From: a virus
DNA length: 64,000 nucleotides
Direction: 5' to 3' (one strand)
IMG/VR virus record: IMGVR_UViG_3300045747_000527
Span: 1-64,000 of that record
This document shows, one piece after another, positions 7,240 to 17,190 of this stretch. Both the position numbers and the translations under genes were made by a program. The notes below the pieces were generated by a model. The model was given only the letters and a program-made list of their open reading frames with translations, made no database searches and was not told the DNA's origin. How positions within the stretch are numbered: position 1 is the first letter of the stretch; the number at the start of each line of letters is the position of its first letter.

Positions 7240-7803
7240 ATGCGCGCGCTAGACAGTGATATGATCCGAGACCTCTATCGGGCGTCCGTTCGAGTGGAAG
7301 AGGAACAGGACGAGAAGAGGGACATTGGCTGCTACCTATTCGCAATCAAGTCCACCTGGCAAGATGAGATCATCTTGGTCGCCAACCGTAGCATGATCGT
7401 CGAGTGGCCGATCGCACTGGTGGAGACAGATTGCCCGGAGTTCAAGAAGCTACTGCGGTCAGCGCGGATGGTACCTAAGATCGCAGCAAGCCTGGTCAAG
7501 AACACGTGGAGCTCTATTGTCATCGGCGTAGAGGACAAGAACAATCTGGAGGAGTGTGAGGAGATTGAGCCCGTTGAGGAGGATGTCTTCTCGTACCAGG
7601 CTGCTTCTGGAATCGTGCTCCACTTCAACCGCCACTATCGGGGTATGGTGGACGCTATTTGGCCGGCGCACATCATAGACGGCGAACCCTCAGCAGCAGT
7701 GGACACCAAGCTCTGCATTCGACGGGGCAAGAAGCAAGAGGGCCTACTCATCATCTCAGAGAACGGCCGAAGACGAGGGGCGATAGCCAACGCGAGGGTA
7801 TGA
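7240..7803 (+). CDS. hypothetical protein
   Basis: 187-aa ORF, AAAGGA RBS. Confidence 0.75.
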   Translation: MRALDSDMIRDLYRASVRVEEEQDEKRDIGCYLFAIKSTWQDEIILVANRSMIVEWPIALVETDCPEFKKLLRSARMVPKIAASLVKNTWSSIVIGVEDKNNLEECEEIEPVEEDVFSYQAASGIVLHFNRHYRGMVDAIWPAHIIDGEPSAAVDTKLCIRRGKKQEGLLIISENGRRRGAIANARV

Positions 7804-7804
7804 C

Positions 7805-8059
7805 GTGCCCCGTAGATCACACATAAGAGTAGAGGACGGAGAAGCCGCGGAACAGATAGACCAATACCGCGTCGAACTAGGTATGTCAGGAGAGGACCAC
7901 GACTACCTGATGTACCTGGCTAACATTCAGAACGAACGAAGGAGGGCTCAAGGTATAGCTAGACGCATAACGATCCAGGACGTCGTCAGATCAATGATAG
8001 GCGCCCACCGTAACCGAAGCCGCCTGCTAGGCGGCCAACTAGAACCAGAGGACACCTGA
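7805..8059 (+). CDS. small putative DNA-binding (ribbon-helix-helix-like) protein
   Basis: N-terminal strand SHIRV, then helices ending TIQDVVRSMI; the fold call is weak. Confidence 0.45.
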   Translation: MPRRSHIRVEDGEAAEQIDQYRVELGMSGEDHDYLMYLANIQNERRRAQGIARRITIQDVVRSMIGAHRNRSRLLGGQLEPEDT

Positions 8060-8060
8060 C

Positions 8061-8279
8061 ATGAAGAAGACAGCAGCAGCAGCACCCACGGTCAACAACA
8101 CCATCAGCAAGAAGTTCGTCGTCAAGGCGCTCAAATTGGCCGTGCGCGAAGCAGCCAAGGGTATGAAGGCGAGCAAGAAGAACAGTGACTTCTACATAGC
8201 CGGCGAGCAACAGCTCGTTGGGGCCGTCTACGCTGAGCTTCTCGGCCGCGTAGCAGCCGGAGAATTCGACCTGGAGTAG
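8061..8279 (+). CDS. small Lys/Ala-rich hypothetical protein
   Basis: 72-aa ORF, tightly packed between neighbours. Confidence 0.65.
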   Translation: MKKTAAAAPTVNNTISKKFVVKALKLAVREAAKGMKASKKNSDFYIAGEQQLVGAVYAELLGRVAAGEFDLE

Positions 8280-8352
8280 CACAAATTTGGGATGCGGCGT
8301 CCCCTGTTCTCTCCTTTCTACGGGGGACGCCGCTACCCGTTTCGAGGCCAAC

Positions 8353-8574
8353 ATGAACACCACTACCGTGCTACTTCTAATTTTGGGCAACATAAGCTGC
8401 GCGATCTTGAGCTACCTTGCCGGACGCGAAAAAGAGAAAAGAGACATCGTCAAGTTGATCGAAGAATCCAGCATCATGGGCATCTACGAACTCGTACATC
8501 GAATCGAGCGGCATGACCATCGCGTTCACGGAAAAAGGAGCCACTATGACGCACGAAAAAGACAACACAGCTGA
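8353..8574 (+). CDS. small membrane-anchored protein
   Basis: Start MNTTTVLLLILGNISCAILSYLAG (hydrophobic). Confidence 0.55.
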   Translation: MNTTTVLLLILGNISCAILSYLAGREKEKRDIVKLIEESSIMGIYELVHRIERHDHRVHGKRSHYDARKRQHS

Positions 8575-9094
8575 CTCAGATCTAGTGGGCAAAGCCCGGC
8601 AAGAACTACCAGGCTGGGAACGGGAGATTGCTTTTGCCCAACTCCTCAAGGACTACGTGTACGTGACCGCCGAAGGCCCAGTGTGCGCCAACCGATTCAT
8701 CTACGAAGGCATCGGTCTTCCACGAAGTGGGCACTGTGGCGACTGCCAAACACCTACGGGACTGCTGCACGTCCCTGGTTGCGAAGTCGAGCGTTGTCCT
8801 AACTGCAACAACCAAGTCATCTCCTGTTCGTGCGAGCGAGTAGTGACCTGGCACAAACTTCTTTCGCCGGACAAGAACGTAAAGATGGGTCCTGAAACAG
8901 TGAACCCTGTCGTCTCGTACGCACACGGGCTGTGCCAGCTGGAGCGGTTTCATATTCTGCTAGATGACAACTGCTACTGGGCGATCATGGAAGATCCAGG
9001 CCAATCGCGCAGACCGAAGAACTACGTACTCACCTTTGCCATCACCCCCGAAATCTTGCGGGCCCTCAGAGCCCTGCCACAGCTGGAGGACTAG
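8546..9094 (+). CDS. Cys-rich zinc-binding hypothetical protein
   Basis: AAAGGAG RBS; HCGDC...HVPGCEVERCPNC..QVISCSC. Confidence 0.7.
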   Translation: MTHEKDNTADSDLVGKARQELPGWEREIAFAQLLKDYVYVTAEGPVCANRFIYEGIGLPRSGHCGDCQTPTGLLHVPGCEVERCPNCNNQVISCSCERVVTWHKLLSPDKNVKMGPETVNPVVSYAHGLCQLERFHILLDDNCYWAIMEDPGQSRRPKNYVLTFAITPEILRALRALPQLED

Positions 9095-9343
9095 ATGTAC
9101 AAACCAGAAACGATCAAACTACTGTCTGAGATCAACGTCAGACGGTACACCAATAGGATCAACAGTGGGTCCAAGATGGTGCGCATTGGGGAATGCCAGA
9201 CGTACTTGGGCTTCTGGAATTCCATCGTGGCCAAAGAGTTCCTCTGGGATAGGCTCTCTGCAGCTGAACGACAAGAAGTTCAAGAGGCCGCGATGGATGA
9301 GGAAATCGAGTCCGACCTAGCCAAGCCAGCTACTGAAGCGTGA
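9095..9343 (+). CDS. hypothetical protein
   Basis: 82-aa ORF abutting the previous stop. Confidence 0.7.
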   Translation: MYKPETIKLLSEINVRRYTNRINSGSKMVRIGECQTYLGFWNSIVAKEFLWDRLSAAERQEVQEAAMDEEIESDLAKPATEA

Positions 9344-9352
9344 GGCGGCACC

Positions 9353-9733
9353 ATGTATCACACCTCTATGATCATTCTGTTTGGCTTTGGCTTCGGATGT
9401 CTCTGTTACGCTGTGCTCTCTCTGCTCGTGCATATCTTAGGTTGCCTCAGCCCAAAGGAGAAGACGGGGACACCTGAGCGAGCACCCAAAAGACCAGAGG
9501 TGAGAGTTGACCCGTTCTATCTGGATGCATGCCGCGAGTTAGATCTGATGTTTCCGGAAACTCCCTGTCTGCCGCCCAACGAGCTAACCGGCACGAACAG
9601 TCTCCCTTGGCAGGAACAGCCTCCAAAACCTGGGGCCTTTCGCATAGATGGCAGCTGGTGGGAGACCGTACCTGGGAGTGAGAGGCACTCTGCAGTAGGT
9701 AGCTGCAGCGTCATAAGAAAAATCCTCAACTGA
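9353..9733 (+). CDS. membrane-anchored hypothetical protein
   Basis: N-terminal IILFGFGFGCLCYAVLSLLVHILGCL. Confidence 0.65.
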   Translation: MYHTSMIILFGFGFGCLCYAVLSLLVHILGCLSPKEKTGTPERAPKRPEVRVDPFYLDACRELDLMFPETPCLPPNELTGTNSLPWQEQPPKPGAFRIDGSWWETVPGSERHSAVGSCSVIRKILN

Positions 9734-9747
9734 GGTATACTCCCACC

Positions 9748-10215
9748 ATGGAATGCGCTCTCTGTGCAGGTAAAGGACACCACTGGACGAAATGCCCCCT
9801 TTTCGGCAAACCCGAGGAGTTCATTCAGGCGTTCGCCCCGCAGTCCCTTGTCCCGCCAGAGAGCGGAGTGCCGGCACACAGCCGTCGCTCTTTAGCCCCA
9901 TCCATCGAGGCTATCTTCGGGCAAGACAAAGACCGTGTACTCCAGGAAGTTCTGGATGACCACGGGAGCCCAGAGGAAGAGAAGATGCTGGCTCTGGAGC
10001 TCTTGATCGGCACCAAGCAGCTGAACAAACTAGCCGAGCAAGATCAAGACACCGCCACCAGCATGAGCCACAGGATGCTCTACGGTTCTCCACGAATACC
10101 CGACTTCGTACAGGCACAGCCCGCCCCTAAACCACAGGCTACAAGTACTGACCGTGACCCATACAGCTCGGTCAACTACGACGATGATCGCGACCTGGGA
10201 ACTACCCCAGCCTAA
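9748..10215 (+). CDS. hypothetical protein with N-terminal CxxC-x4-H-x4-C knuckle
   Basis: MECALCAGKGHHWTKC; last gene of the + strand block. Confidence 0.65.
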   Translation: MECALCAGKGHHWTKCPLFGKPEEFIQAFAPQSLVPPESGVPAHSRRSLAPSIEAIFGQDKDRVLQEVLDDHGSPEEEKMLALELLIGTKQLNKLAEQDQDTATSMSHRMLYGSPRIPDFVQAQPAPKPQATSTDRDPYSSVNYDDDRDLGTTPA

Positions 10216-10260
10216 ATAAAATGCCGCCCACCGGAGGGGCCAAGTCCCCCAGTGAGCGGC
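10211..10260 (-). terminator. intrinsic terminator ending the late (tail) operon
   Basis: On the - strand GCCGCTCACTGGGGGACTTGGCCCCTCCGGTGGGCGGC then ATTTTATTTA; G-U pairs favour the - strand. An adjacent perfect 10-bp inverted repeat lies at 10261-10270/10301-10310. Confidence 0.75.
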
Positions 10261-10309
10261 AGCTGCGGTAAGATGATCTTCGAACCCGTAGGAGGTAACC
10301 TACCGCAGC

Positions 10310-11122
10310 TTAGCCAGCTCCCATGTTGGGGGCGCCGTTGCCCCAAGGGGAATAACCGTGGCCGTACGGGACTGGAGACCAGCCTCCGCCGGAAGCCTGA
10401 GGCATGCTGCCCTCTTCTTTAGCCATCTGCAGCGCCTTGGGCACAGCCTTCGCCAAGCCGTACGCTCCAAGGCCCGCAGCTGCCAGAAGGCCTGCCTTGC
10501 CCCACCCGAACCTCTTTGCCCCCGCAACAGCACCAGGGGCACCCTTGACGACTGTCTTGGCTGCGTTGGCACCTGGGCCCATCGCCCCTGCCGGGGACTT
10601 TGCCCGAGCCAGGAGACCTGGAGGAGGCGCACCCACACGAGTCGCCTGCATGGACTTGCCGGGAACCTGCCAGGAGCCCGAAGGCATACCCCTGGTACGC
10701 GCCGCGGGCATCTGTGGCGTGACAGCACCACCAGAGACCGCAGGAGCGGCTGCACCTATGGCACCCCAAAGGCCGGCTTCCTTTGCCATTCTGCGGGCAA
10801 GGAGAACACCGGCTAGCTTGGCAGCACCAATCTTGGCTTGAGCCTCTCCCTCCTCACCTGGGTCGATGAGCTGGAGCTTCTTGTAGTAGTCCGGGTCTTT
10901 GGCGAGATGATCCATGGCAATCTCAGCGGCCACATTCGGGTCCGCCGTATGCTCCAGCTCTTCCTTCACACCGGCAGAGAGCTGCTCGATGTCGAACTGA
11001 TTTGGGTCCATACCTTCAGCTTGGCCGCCGACAATGTGATCGCGCCAAGGGTGGCCGGCGTCAAATCCAGCCACACCCTGAAGTACCTCACCTGTTTTCT
11101 GGAAGGGAACCAGGTAAGCCAT
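10310..11122 (-). CDS. DUF5661-like domain plus Gly/Ala-rich region; putative virion protein
   Basis: GVKEELEHTADPNVAAEIAMDHLAKDPDYYKKL motif; low-complexity C-terminus with hydrophobic GLLAAAGLGAYGL. Confidence 0.6.
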   Translation of the reverse strand: MAYLVPFQKTGEVLQGVAGFDAGHPWRDHIVGGQAEGMDPNQFDIEQLSAGVKEELEHTADPNVAAEIAMDHLAKDPDYYKKLQLIDPGEEGEAQAKIGAAKLAGVLLARRMAKEAGLWGAIGAAAPAVSGGAVTPQMPAARTRGMPSGSWQVPGKSMQATRVGAPPPGLLARAKSPAGAMGPGANAAKTVVKGAPGAVAGAKRFGWGKAGLLAAAGLGAYGLAKAVPKALQMAKEEGSMPQASGGGWSPVPYGHGYSPWGNGAPNMGAG

Positions 11123-11131
11123 GTCGGCCTC

Positions 11132-11872
11132 CTACGCGCCTACGCCCAGGTTCGCAGCATCAGCAGCTGCTGAATCCAGCAAGGTCAGCCCGCTGACCGC
11201 CACCGGCACCGCGCGCTCGAACTGAATGGCTGCTGACTCCTGGATGATGACCCCTTGGGCATCTGTCGCCCAGGTGTGGTTCGGGACGTAGCACCCTTCG
11301 AGGTACACGGCACCGTAGGTCTCCATGTTGGAGTCGCGGTTGTACATCAGGAGGCCGATGGGCTGGTTGAACAAGTCCGAGGCCAGATTGATGTAGAAGT
11401 TCTCGTAGCCGGGCGGAATGACGACGTCGTGGGGATTCGACATCGTATTGATCCCAGTGTTCGGAAACACCGCAGGAATGGTCGGAGGCGAGTTGCCAGG
11501 GACCAGTGCGTCGCTGTAGTACGCGTAGATGAGCCGAAGCAGCGAAGGTCCGTGGTACAGAATGCGTGAGATAGACAGCTGGCCCATCGTACGACCTGAC
11601 ACGAAGTAGGAACGCTCAGAACCGATTTCGAAGATACGGTTGAACGTCCTGTTGTGGCTCAGGTTCACGTTCTGGATAAGACCCAGAGGCATGACAATCT
11701 GGTCCGCCCCTGTTCCTTCCAGAGCCTTACTCACTGCAGCTACTCCTCCCAGAGTCGAGAGGCGAGGAGGGCCAGCCGCGAGAACGGTAAACCCTGCGTT
11801 CAGGAATTGGCCGTCCTTCATGCCAGCTTGTACGTACTTCTGGTAGGGAGCCCAGTTAGACATCGTAGACAT
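11132..11872 (-). CDS. putative tail tube protein
   Basis: Downstream of the sheath; beta-rich pattern LIQNVNLSHNRTFNRIFEIGS...GQLSISRILY...IQESAAIQFE. Confidence 0.65.
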   Translation of the reverse strand: MSTMSNWAPYQKYVQAGMKDGQFLNAGFTVLAAGPPRLSTLGGVAAVSKALEGTGADQIVMPLGLIQNVNLSHNRTFNRIFEIGSERSYFVSGRTMGQLSISRILYHGPSLLRLIYAYYSDALVPGNSPPTIPAVFPNTGINTMSNPHDVVIPPGYENFYINLASDLFNQPIGLLMYNRDSNMETYGAVYLEGCYVPNHTWATDAQGVIIQESAAIQFERAVPVAVSGLTLLDSAAADAANLGVGA

Positions 11873-12596
11873 GCGTCATTTCTCCTGTTCTGATTTGATC
11901 TTTACTGTGCTCCAGTACCAAGGCACACCACTGAAGCATCTCTGGTACCGAGAGGCTGTTCTTCATTTCGTTAACGTGAGCACAACACAAAACGATGTTG
12001 TCGTGCGTATATCCTCTCGCGCTGTCTACACGATCAATGCTTACACATTCCGGCCTGCCTGAGCCGTCATACAGCATGGGAATACCGGTATAGTAGCAGC
12101 GCCCTTCCTGGATATTCCAGAGAAGCACCAGGTCTCCCAAGGTCAGAATATTGGAGATGCCTTTGTGCTTTGCGGAAGTTTTAGCCGTAGCCAGCGCCAC
12201 AGCCAGACGGCGCTCTGGGGACTTGGCACTATTTTCCTTTTTCCAAGCTCGCCTACATGGACGACAGTACGCCGCGCGGCCATCCGAGGTAGACTTCTGC
12301 GGGTCAAACTGATTTAGCGTCTTTGGCAACACACAGCGCGCACAGAGCTTTGAGCCGGCGGGTATCGTCTTCTTTTGTTCCCGGATAGCAGCAAGTCGCT
12401 GTGCTTTCTCCAGACCATACTTATTCACTGTCTCGGCAAAATACCTCTCATTGCGCCTACTACGGGCGCACACCTTACACTCCCGCTGCCTACCGTCAGC
12501 CTCAGTAGAGCTACGATGAAACTCGGTAAGTGCTTTGCGTGCCGAACACGCAAAGCACTTCTTCCAGAGAGGTACTATTTTCTGGTCTGAAGCCAT
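11856..12596 (-). mobile_element. free-standing HNH homing endonuclease gene
   Basis: Two CxxC-x20-CxxC zinc repeats and C-terminal SIDRVDSARGYTHDNIVLCCAHVNEMK; inserted between sheath and tube genes. Confidence 0.8.
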
Positions 12597-12615
12597 AGTA
12601 CGATTTAACCTAACA

Positions 12616-15600
12616 TTAGATCACGAGGGTCAAGCGAAGGTAGTTGCAGGGGTAGGGCGGGTCCAGCGTCACATCGATCAACACGGCGTCAGGTTGATCT
12701 GACGACTGGATGATGTTGTTGAGGTCACCACCCACAATGACCCCCTGCTCGATGGCGAAATTGAGCATACCCTGCACGACCGTGGACAGGGTGTCCAAGA
12801 AGGGCTGGGTGATGTTGAACTTCCCGATGAAGTTTCTCAAACCTCCGCGGAGCATCTTGGCCATGAAGTCCACCACCTTGGTGATAGAGAGCTCACGGGT
12901 CTCGATGCTGGTGAGGTCAGTGGACAGCTGGTGGCGGGTGCTCAGTGGTCCGCCAGCAGTGTTCTGGATGACCCAGTAAGCGCCGCCCGCTGTCGCTGCG
13001 TTCATTTGAAGCCGGCTGAACCTGTCGTTCGAACCGGTTACTCTGGTGAACCCAGTGACAGGGTAGTTTGTGAATCCCTGCTGTGGGGCCAGCTGGCCGG
13101 TCATGCCTGCGAGAGCGGCACAGATGTAGTACCCAGGCAGCTCTTGTTCCGTGCCGTCCACGGTCGCGCCCGTCTTCTCCGGGGCAACCATGTAGACGCG
13201 GCGATTGGCGTAGCTGCGGCCGAGTTCGGCGTAGGCTTTGGCAATGGCCGCGTAGTCTGGTGAGCCATCGGGGGTCACCAGCTGAGCCCCACGCACGTGG
13301 ACACTGAAGCCTGCCTGCAAGAGGTTGGCAGGCAGGGAACTCGTTGAGAAGAACCCATCCGTGTTCAACCCGGAGGAGAATGCCACGCGCAGGGTAATGC
13401 GAGTGCCTGACACGGAAGCAAGGTTCCACTTGTCCGTGTAGCCGGATACCATCAGGTACACGCCGTCCGCAACCGAGAACCCTTGATCTGGTGCCAGGCC
13501 CGCGGCCACCAAATCTGCGGTCAAGCTTGGCAGGTTGGTCTCGAACACGTTGGTGGTGGCAGTGCTTTCGCCGTCCGTTCCGCTGGTAGCCAGGGCTGGA
13601 AGATCTTCCGTGGGCATCCGTGGATTGATGAAGACGATACGCTCACCCTTGGAGTCTGGCTCGCTCATAGCTGTAACGTGAGCGACGCAGCTCTGGTGTA
13701 CTTCCGGGCTCTGCGAAGCAGGTGCCAGGGCGTAGACCTCTTTGGCCTCCAAGAATGCAAGGGCGCGGGAGTAGCCATCCGTGGTGCCGTCTGGTTCGCC
13801 AGCACTCACTTCGTCAACGCCGATACCCGACACTTCAATGCCCGGTGCGTTCACCAACATGAAGTAGAGCATGAGAGCGAGGGGATTCTCCGCATTCACG
13901 GGAGAGAGAACGGTGTCCAGCGTGTCCGTGCTGTCCAACGTGAGCAGGCCAGGGTTAGTAGCCTTCGGGGTCACATCCAACCGCAGGGCTTTGTAGGACA
14001 TGATGAGTTGTCCGCGGCCGGTGGGGAGAGGCGTGCCCGTGATATCACGCAAGAAGTCCTGCTTGATCTTGATGTTGCTGTTGCCGTCGATGTACAAGTC
14101 GGGCAGTGGTCTATCCGCCGGCAAGCTGGCGGGGATGCCCTTGGCCTGGATGTAGTACGAGGAAGCCCCGAAGGTCTTTGCGACCCTCCGGTCCAGCTTG
14201 AGACGGTGAGTGTTGCCCGCGTATGCTGCCGTGACCACAACTCCCAGGAACGCGCCACCAGCGTAGACGTAGTCTCCCGGCTTAGGGGCGTACGGAGCGC
14301 CGTAAGTAGCGCCAGCTGTGAGGCCAAAGTCAGCGTTGGCTGTTCCATTGCCGACCCTCACTTCGCCATCGAAGCCATCCTGAGTAGAGGTAAAGCGGAT
14401 ATGATCTGTGCTGAAGTCACAGAACGCCGTACCCATTGTCGAGTTGACCAGAGCAGCGACAGCCAGCTCACTGTACGACGCCAAGGAGAATACGATCTCC
14501 TGCATTGGTCCGCCGTCCACCGCCAGTTGTAGGGTCTTGCCTTGGCCGGTGTATGGTGGCGTGATGGCGACAGTGCCGGTAACCACGGCAGCTGAGGCAG
14601 CCGCGCTGAAATTCTCTGCTGGCACATCCACCAGCGGAGTAGTCGTGCCCGAGCTTCCGTCATCCACCGCGACAATGACCGCCGCAGCGGGAGAAGTGGC
14701 AGACGTGGGCAAGTGCAGAGTAGCGTTCGCAGTGAGAACATACAGGATGCCGCTCACTGGGGCAGCCGCCAATCTGGCAGACTGGTTGCTCCAGATTGCC
14801 GCAGGCACGTTAGCCTGTCCGTTCAAGAAGCGGAGCAGGTCTGGCATCGTGGCGAAGCTGTTGCCAATCGAGGCTATCGTGGGGGTGACAGCAAACGCTT
14901 GAGCCACGCCCGTGGCGTTGACGTACGTGACCTGTTGGCCGTTGGTGGACACGCTCAGAATGGAGAAGGTGCCGTTGTTGCCAGACGTCGTGGCACTCGT
15001 GATCACCATACTGCGGCCCAGATCGGCCTTGGTGAACGGGGCTGACGTGTCCGTGATAGTCATGACACTGCCTGCTGCGGGACCGGTGAACGAGCACCCA
15101 GCGGCCGGACCAGTCGTGTGCGTACCAGCAAAGTTGATGGTGACAGGGGTCCCGCCCAAGGCGCCGTCAATGTATGACAGCGACGCTGGAGAGCCCACGG
15201 ACGGGTTAATCGGGAACGTCAGATCTGCTGAGCTGACCAACTGAGCGGTCTTTGTGTTACGAAGAAACGCCTCATCTCGCTTGAACTCCAGCAAAGCTTT
15301 GCCCGTGTTCACGAACACACGAACGGAGTCGCTGTTCACGACAAGCTCGTCCATGTTGTTCCGTGGATCTGGCAACTCAGTCTCCATGAGGCTGAGAGCT
15401 TCCTGCTGGTACGAAGACACACCGGCAACCTGGTAGTCTCGCAAGAAACCGAGAATGGTGTTGGCCGTGCCCTCTGCAACCTTGAGGTAGTGGCCGTCAC
15501 CCTTGGCCACCGTCTGCAGAGCAAGGTACTTGGCACTCCCGATAACCTTCACAAACCCAAGGAACCCAGAGGGAGCCGGGAATGTGCTGTTCATCTGATC

Positions 15601-15933
15601 GATGACCTGCTGTGCGCTCAGACCCACGTTGTCGGGGTCCGATAGCGTGAACTCCTGCACAGGACCGTTGTCCACGGAGACCTGTAGGGTCGTGCCGTTC
15701 AGGTTAGAGAAAGGACCCGCCGTTGATCCGACCACGACGGCTGGTGCGGAGGCCACAGCAGAGGGGTTGATGACCTCACTCCCTGCCGCGTTTGGCACCA
15801 TCGCATCCAGCACTTGAAATGCCGGCGCAACCGCGCATGGGACAAGCGTGGGGGCCACGATTGTAGGGCTGACGGTCCGGAACTGTTGAATGACTTGAAC
15901 GCCTGGTTGCGGCAGTCCGCTTGCGATGGCCAT
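12616..15933 (-). CDS. contractile tail sheath protein (1105 aa, with inserted domains)
   Basis: C-terminal sheath signature TRELSITKVVDF...FIGKFNIT...QPDAVLIDVTLDPPYPCNYLRLTL; size and position. Confidence 0.85.
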   Translation of the reverse strand: MAIASGLPQPGVQVIQQFRTVSPTIVAPTLVPCAVAPAFQVLDAMVPNAAGSEVINPSAVASAPAVVVGSTAGPFSNLNGTTLQVSVDNGPVQEFTLSDPDNVGLSAQQVIDQMNSTFPAPSGFLGFVKVIGSAKYLALQTVAKGDGHYLKVAEGTANTILGFLRDYQVAGVSSYQQEALSLMETELPDPRNNMDELVVNSDSVRVFVNTGKALLEFKRDEAFLRNTKTAQLVSSADLTFPINPSVGSPASLSYIDGALGGTPVTINFAGTHTTGPAAGCSFTGPAAGSVMTITDTSAPFTKADLGRSMVITSATTSGNNGTFSILSVSTNGQQVTYVNATGVAQAFAVTPTIASIGNSFATMPDLLRFLNGQANVPAAIWSNQSARLAAAPVSGILYVLTANATLHLPTSATSPAAAVIVAVDDGSSGTTTPLVDVPAENFSAAASAAVVTGTVAITPPYTGQGKTLQLAVDGGPMQEIVFSLASYSELAVAALVNSTMGTAFCDFSTDHIRFTSTQDGFDGEVRVGNGTANADFGLTAGATYGAPYAPKPGDYVYAGGAFLGVVVTAAYAGNTHRLKLDRRVAKTFGASSYYIQAKGIPASLPADRPLPDLYIDGNSNIKIKQDFLRDITGTPLPTGRGQLIMSYKALRLDVTPKATNPGLLTLDSTDTLDTVLSPVNAENPLALMLYFMLVNAPGIEVSGIGVDEVSAGEPDGTTDGYSRALAFLEAKEVYALAPASQSPEVHQSCVAHVTAMSEPDSKGERIVFINPRMPTEDLPALATSGTDGESTATTNVFETNLPSLTADLVAAGLAPDQGFSVADGVYLMVSGYTDKWNLASVSGTRITLRVAFSSGLNTDGFFSTSSLPANLLQAGFSVHVRGAQLVTPDGSPDYAAIAKAYAELGRSYANRRVYMVAPEKTGATVDGTEQELPGYYICAALAGMTGQLAPQQGFTNYPVTGFTRVTGSNDRFSRLQMNAATAGGAYWVIQNTAGGPLSTRHQLSTDLTSIETRELSITKVVDFMAKMLRGGLRNFIGKFNITQPFLDTLSTVVQGMLNFAIEQGVIVGGDLNNIIQSSDQPDAVLIDVTLDPPYPCNYLRLTLVI

Positions 15934-15944
15934 GAAATGCCTCC

Positions 15945-16802
15945 TTAGGTCTTCACTTTCTGATTCAGCCCAGTACCTTCAGGCGCTGGCGCCATGTTTG
16001 ATAGATTGATCGTTCTGCCGCGAATGGTAGGTGCACGAAGTCCGCGACGAACTTCCTTGTTCGCAGGAGAACCCTCCGCAGCGCCTCCCCATGCGGGAGC
16101 GCCTTTAGGCAATCCGCGGGGTGTCTGCAGGTGTGCCGCCTTCGCAGTAAAGCTCAGCTCTACGGTCTTGAGCGGACTGATCGTTCGGCCAGACCAGTCG
16201 TGCGCCAGCGGCGTCACGGTATCATTCCACTGCATGTAGAACGGAACCACCACAGGGAAGTTGTGCCACTCCCCTTCCGTATCTCCCTGAACCAGAGCAC
16301 CGGGAGGCGTAACGGGGCCGAACTGGATACGTCGGCCGATCTCTTGGAAGGTGCCCTCACGAATAAGGGACTTACGGAGATTCCAGATTGTTCTGCCACA
16401 CTGCCAGCCGATGAACCGCGCCGTCTGTGGATACCGAGCCAAACAGTTGAGAACGAAGTTTCCCGGCACCAAGTCAGCGTGATGCTCCGACGCGTCGGTA
16501 GCACTCACGTGCGCCAACTCATCCAGAGTCAAGCCGCTGAAGTTCATTGCACCGAGGGCAATGGCTATGGCGGGCTTGTGCTTTATGGTGTCCAGGTTCA
16601 AGGGGTTCTCTTCCGTGATTACTATTTCAGTTTCCTCTATTTGGGGGGTCCAGTGGAAGAGGCCCGGCTCAGAAGTTTCCCAAATCGTCTGGAGGAAGCA
16701 CGTCATCACCTTGACCACGTAGTTCAACGGGTCGTTCAGATAGGTGTACTCCACCTCCTTGATCGGAAGGATAGCACTTCCTGGGATGGGTACGTTAGGC
16801 AT
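15945..16802 (-). CDS. putative tail completion/terminator protein
   Basis: Start MPNVPIPG (ATG 16802); directly upstream of the sheath; call from position only. Confidence 0.45.
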   Translation of the reverse strand: MPNVPIPGSAILPIKEVEYTYLNDPLNYVVKVMTCFLQTIWETSEPGLFHWTPQIEETEIVITEENPLNLDTIKHKPAIAIALGAMNFSGLTLDELAHVSATDASEHHADLVPGNFVLNCLARYPQTARFIGWQCGRTIWNLRKSLIREGTFQEIGRRIQFGPVTPPGALVQGDTEGEWHNFPVVVPFYMQWNDTVTPLAHDWSGRTISPLKTVELSFTAKAAHLQTPRGLPKGAPAWGGAAEGSPANKEVRRGLRAPTIRGRTINLSNMAPAPEGTGLNQKVKT

Positions 16803-17190
16803 TGGGGGTCTTCGGCTTATCGCCGTAGGCGATGTAGTTATCGGACATCCGCGCCTGTTCCCTCGCCATCCAGCCGAGCGGCAATGCAAGGCCGCCTACT
16901 ATGGCGGGCGCGTAGTGGCGAAGCTTAGACATCTGGGCAGGGTCCATGTGCGTGAGGTATTTGCGCACCAGATGCGCTCCTCCGTGTCCCACGGCACCGC
17001 CGGCACCGGTCAAGCCCGCTACAATGAGGCCGCGCTTGAGTCGGTCCTTGGTGATGAACCTGTCCTCATCGGGTAGCTCCGTTGGCGGGAACTGGTAGCG
17101 GTCAGGCCCCATCGAGCGAACGTCTGCCGGAGAGAGCCCAGGGTCCGCAGCAATCTTTTGGAGTTCGTCGTAGAAGGATGCTGGGATCAT
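16795..17190 (-). CDS. putative head-internal protein with FxDELxKI N-terminus
   Basis: MIPASFYDELQKIAA; two Gly-rich hydrophobic segments. Confidence 0.55.
   Translation of the reverse strand: MIPASFYDELQKIAADPGLSPADVRSMGPDRYQFPPTELPDEDRFITKDRLKRGLIVAGLTGAGGAVGHGGAHLVRKYLTHMDPAQMSKLRHYAPAIVGGLALPLGWMAREQARMSDNYIAYGDKPKTPNA

Noticed and set aside
8061-8279. Bacterial histone-fold protein
   Set aside because: Small and Lys/Ala-rich, but it lacks the C-terminal RKTV/RxTI-x3-D histone-fold signature.
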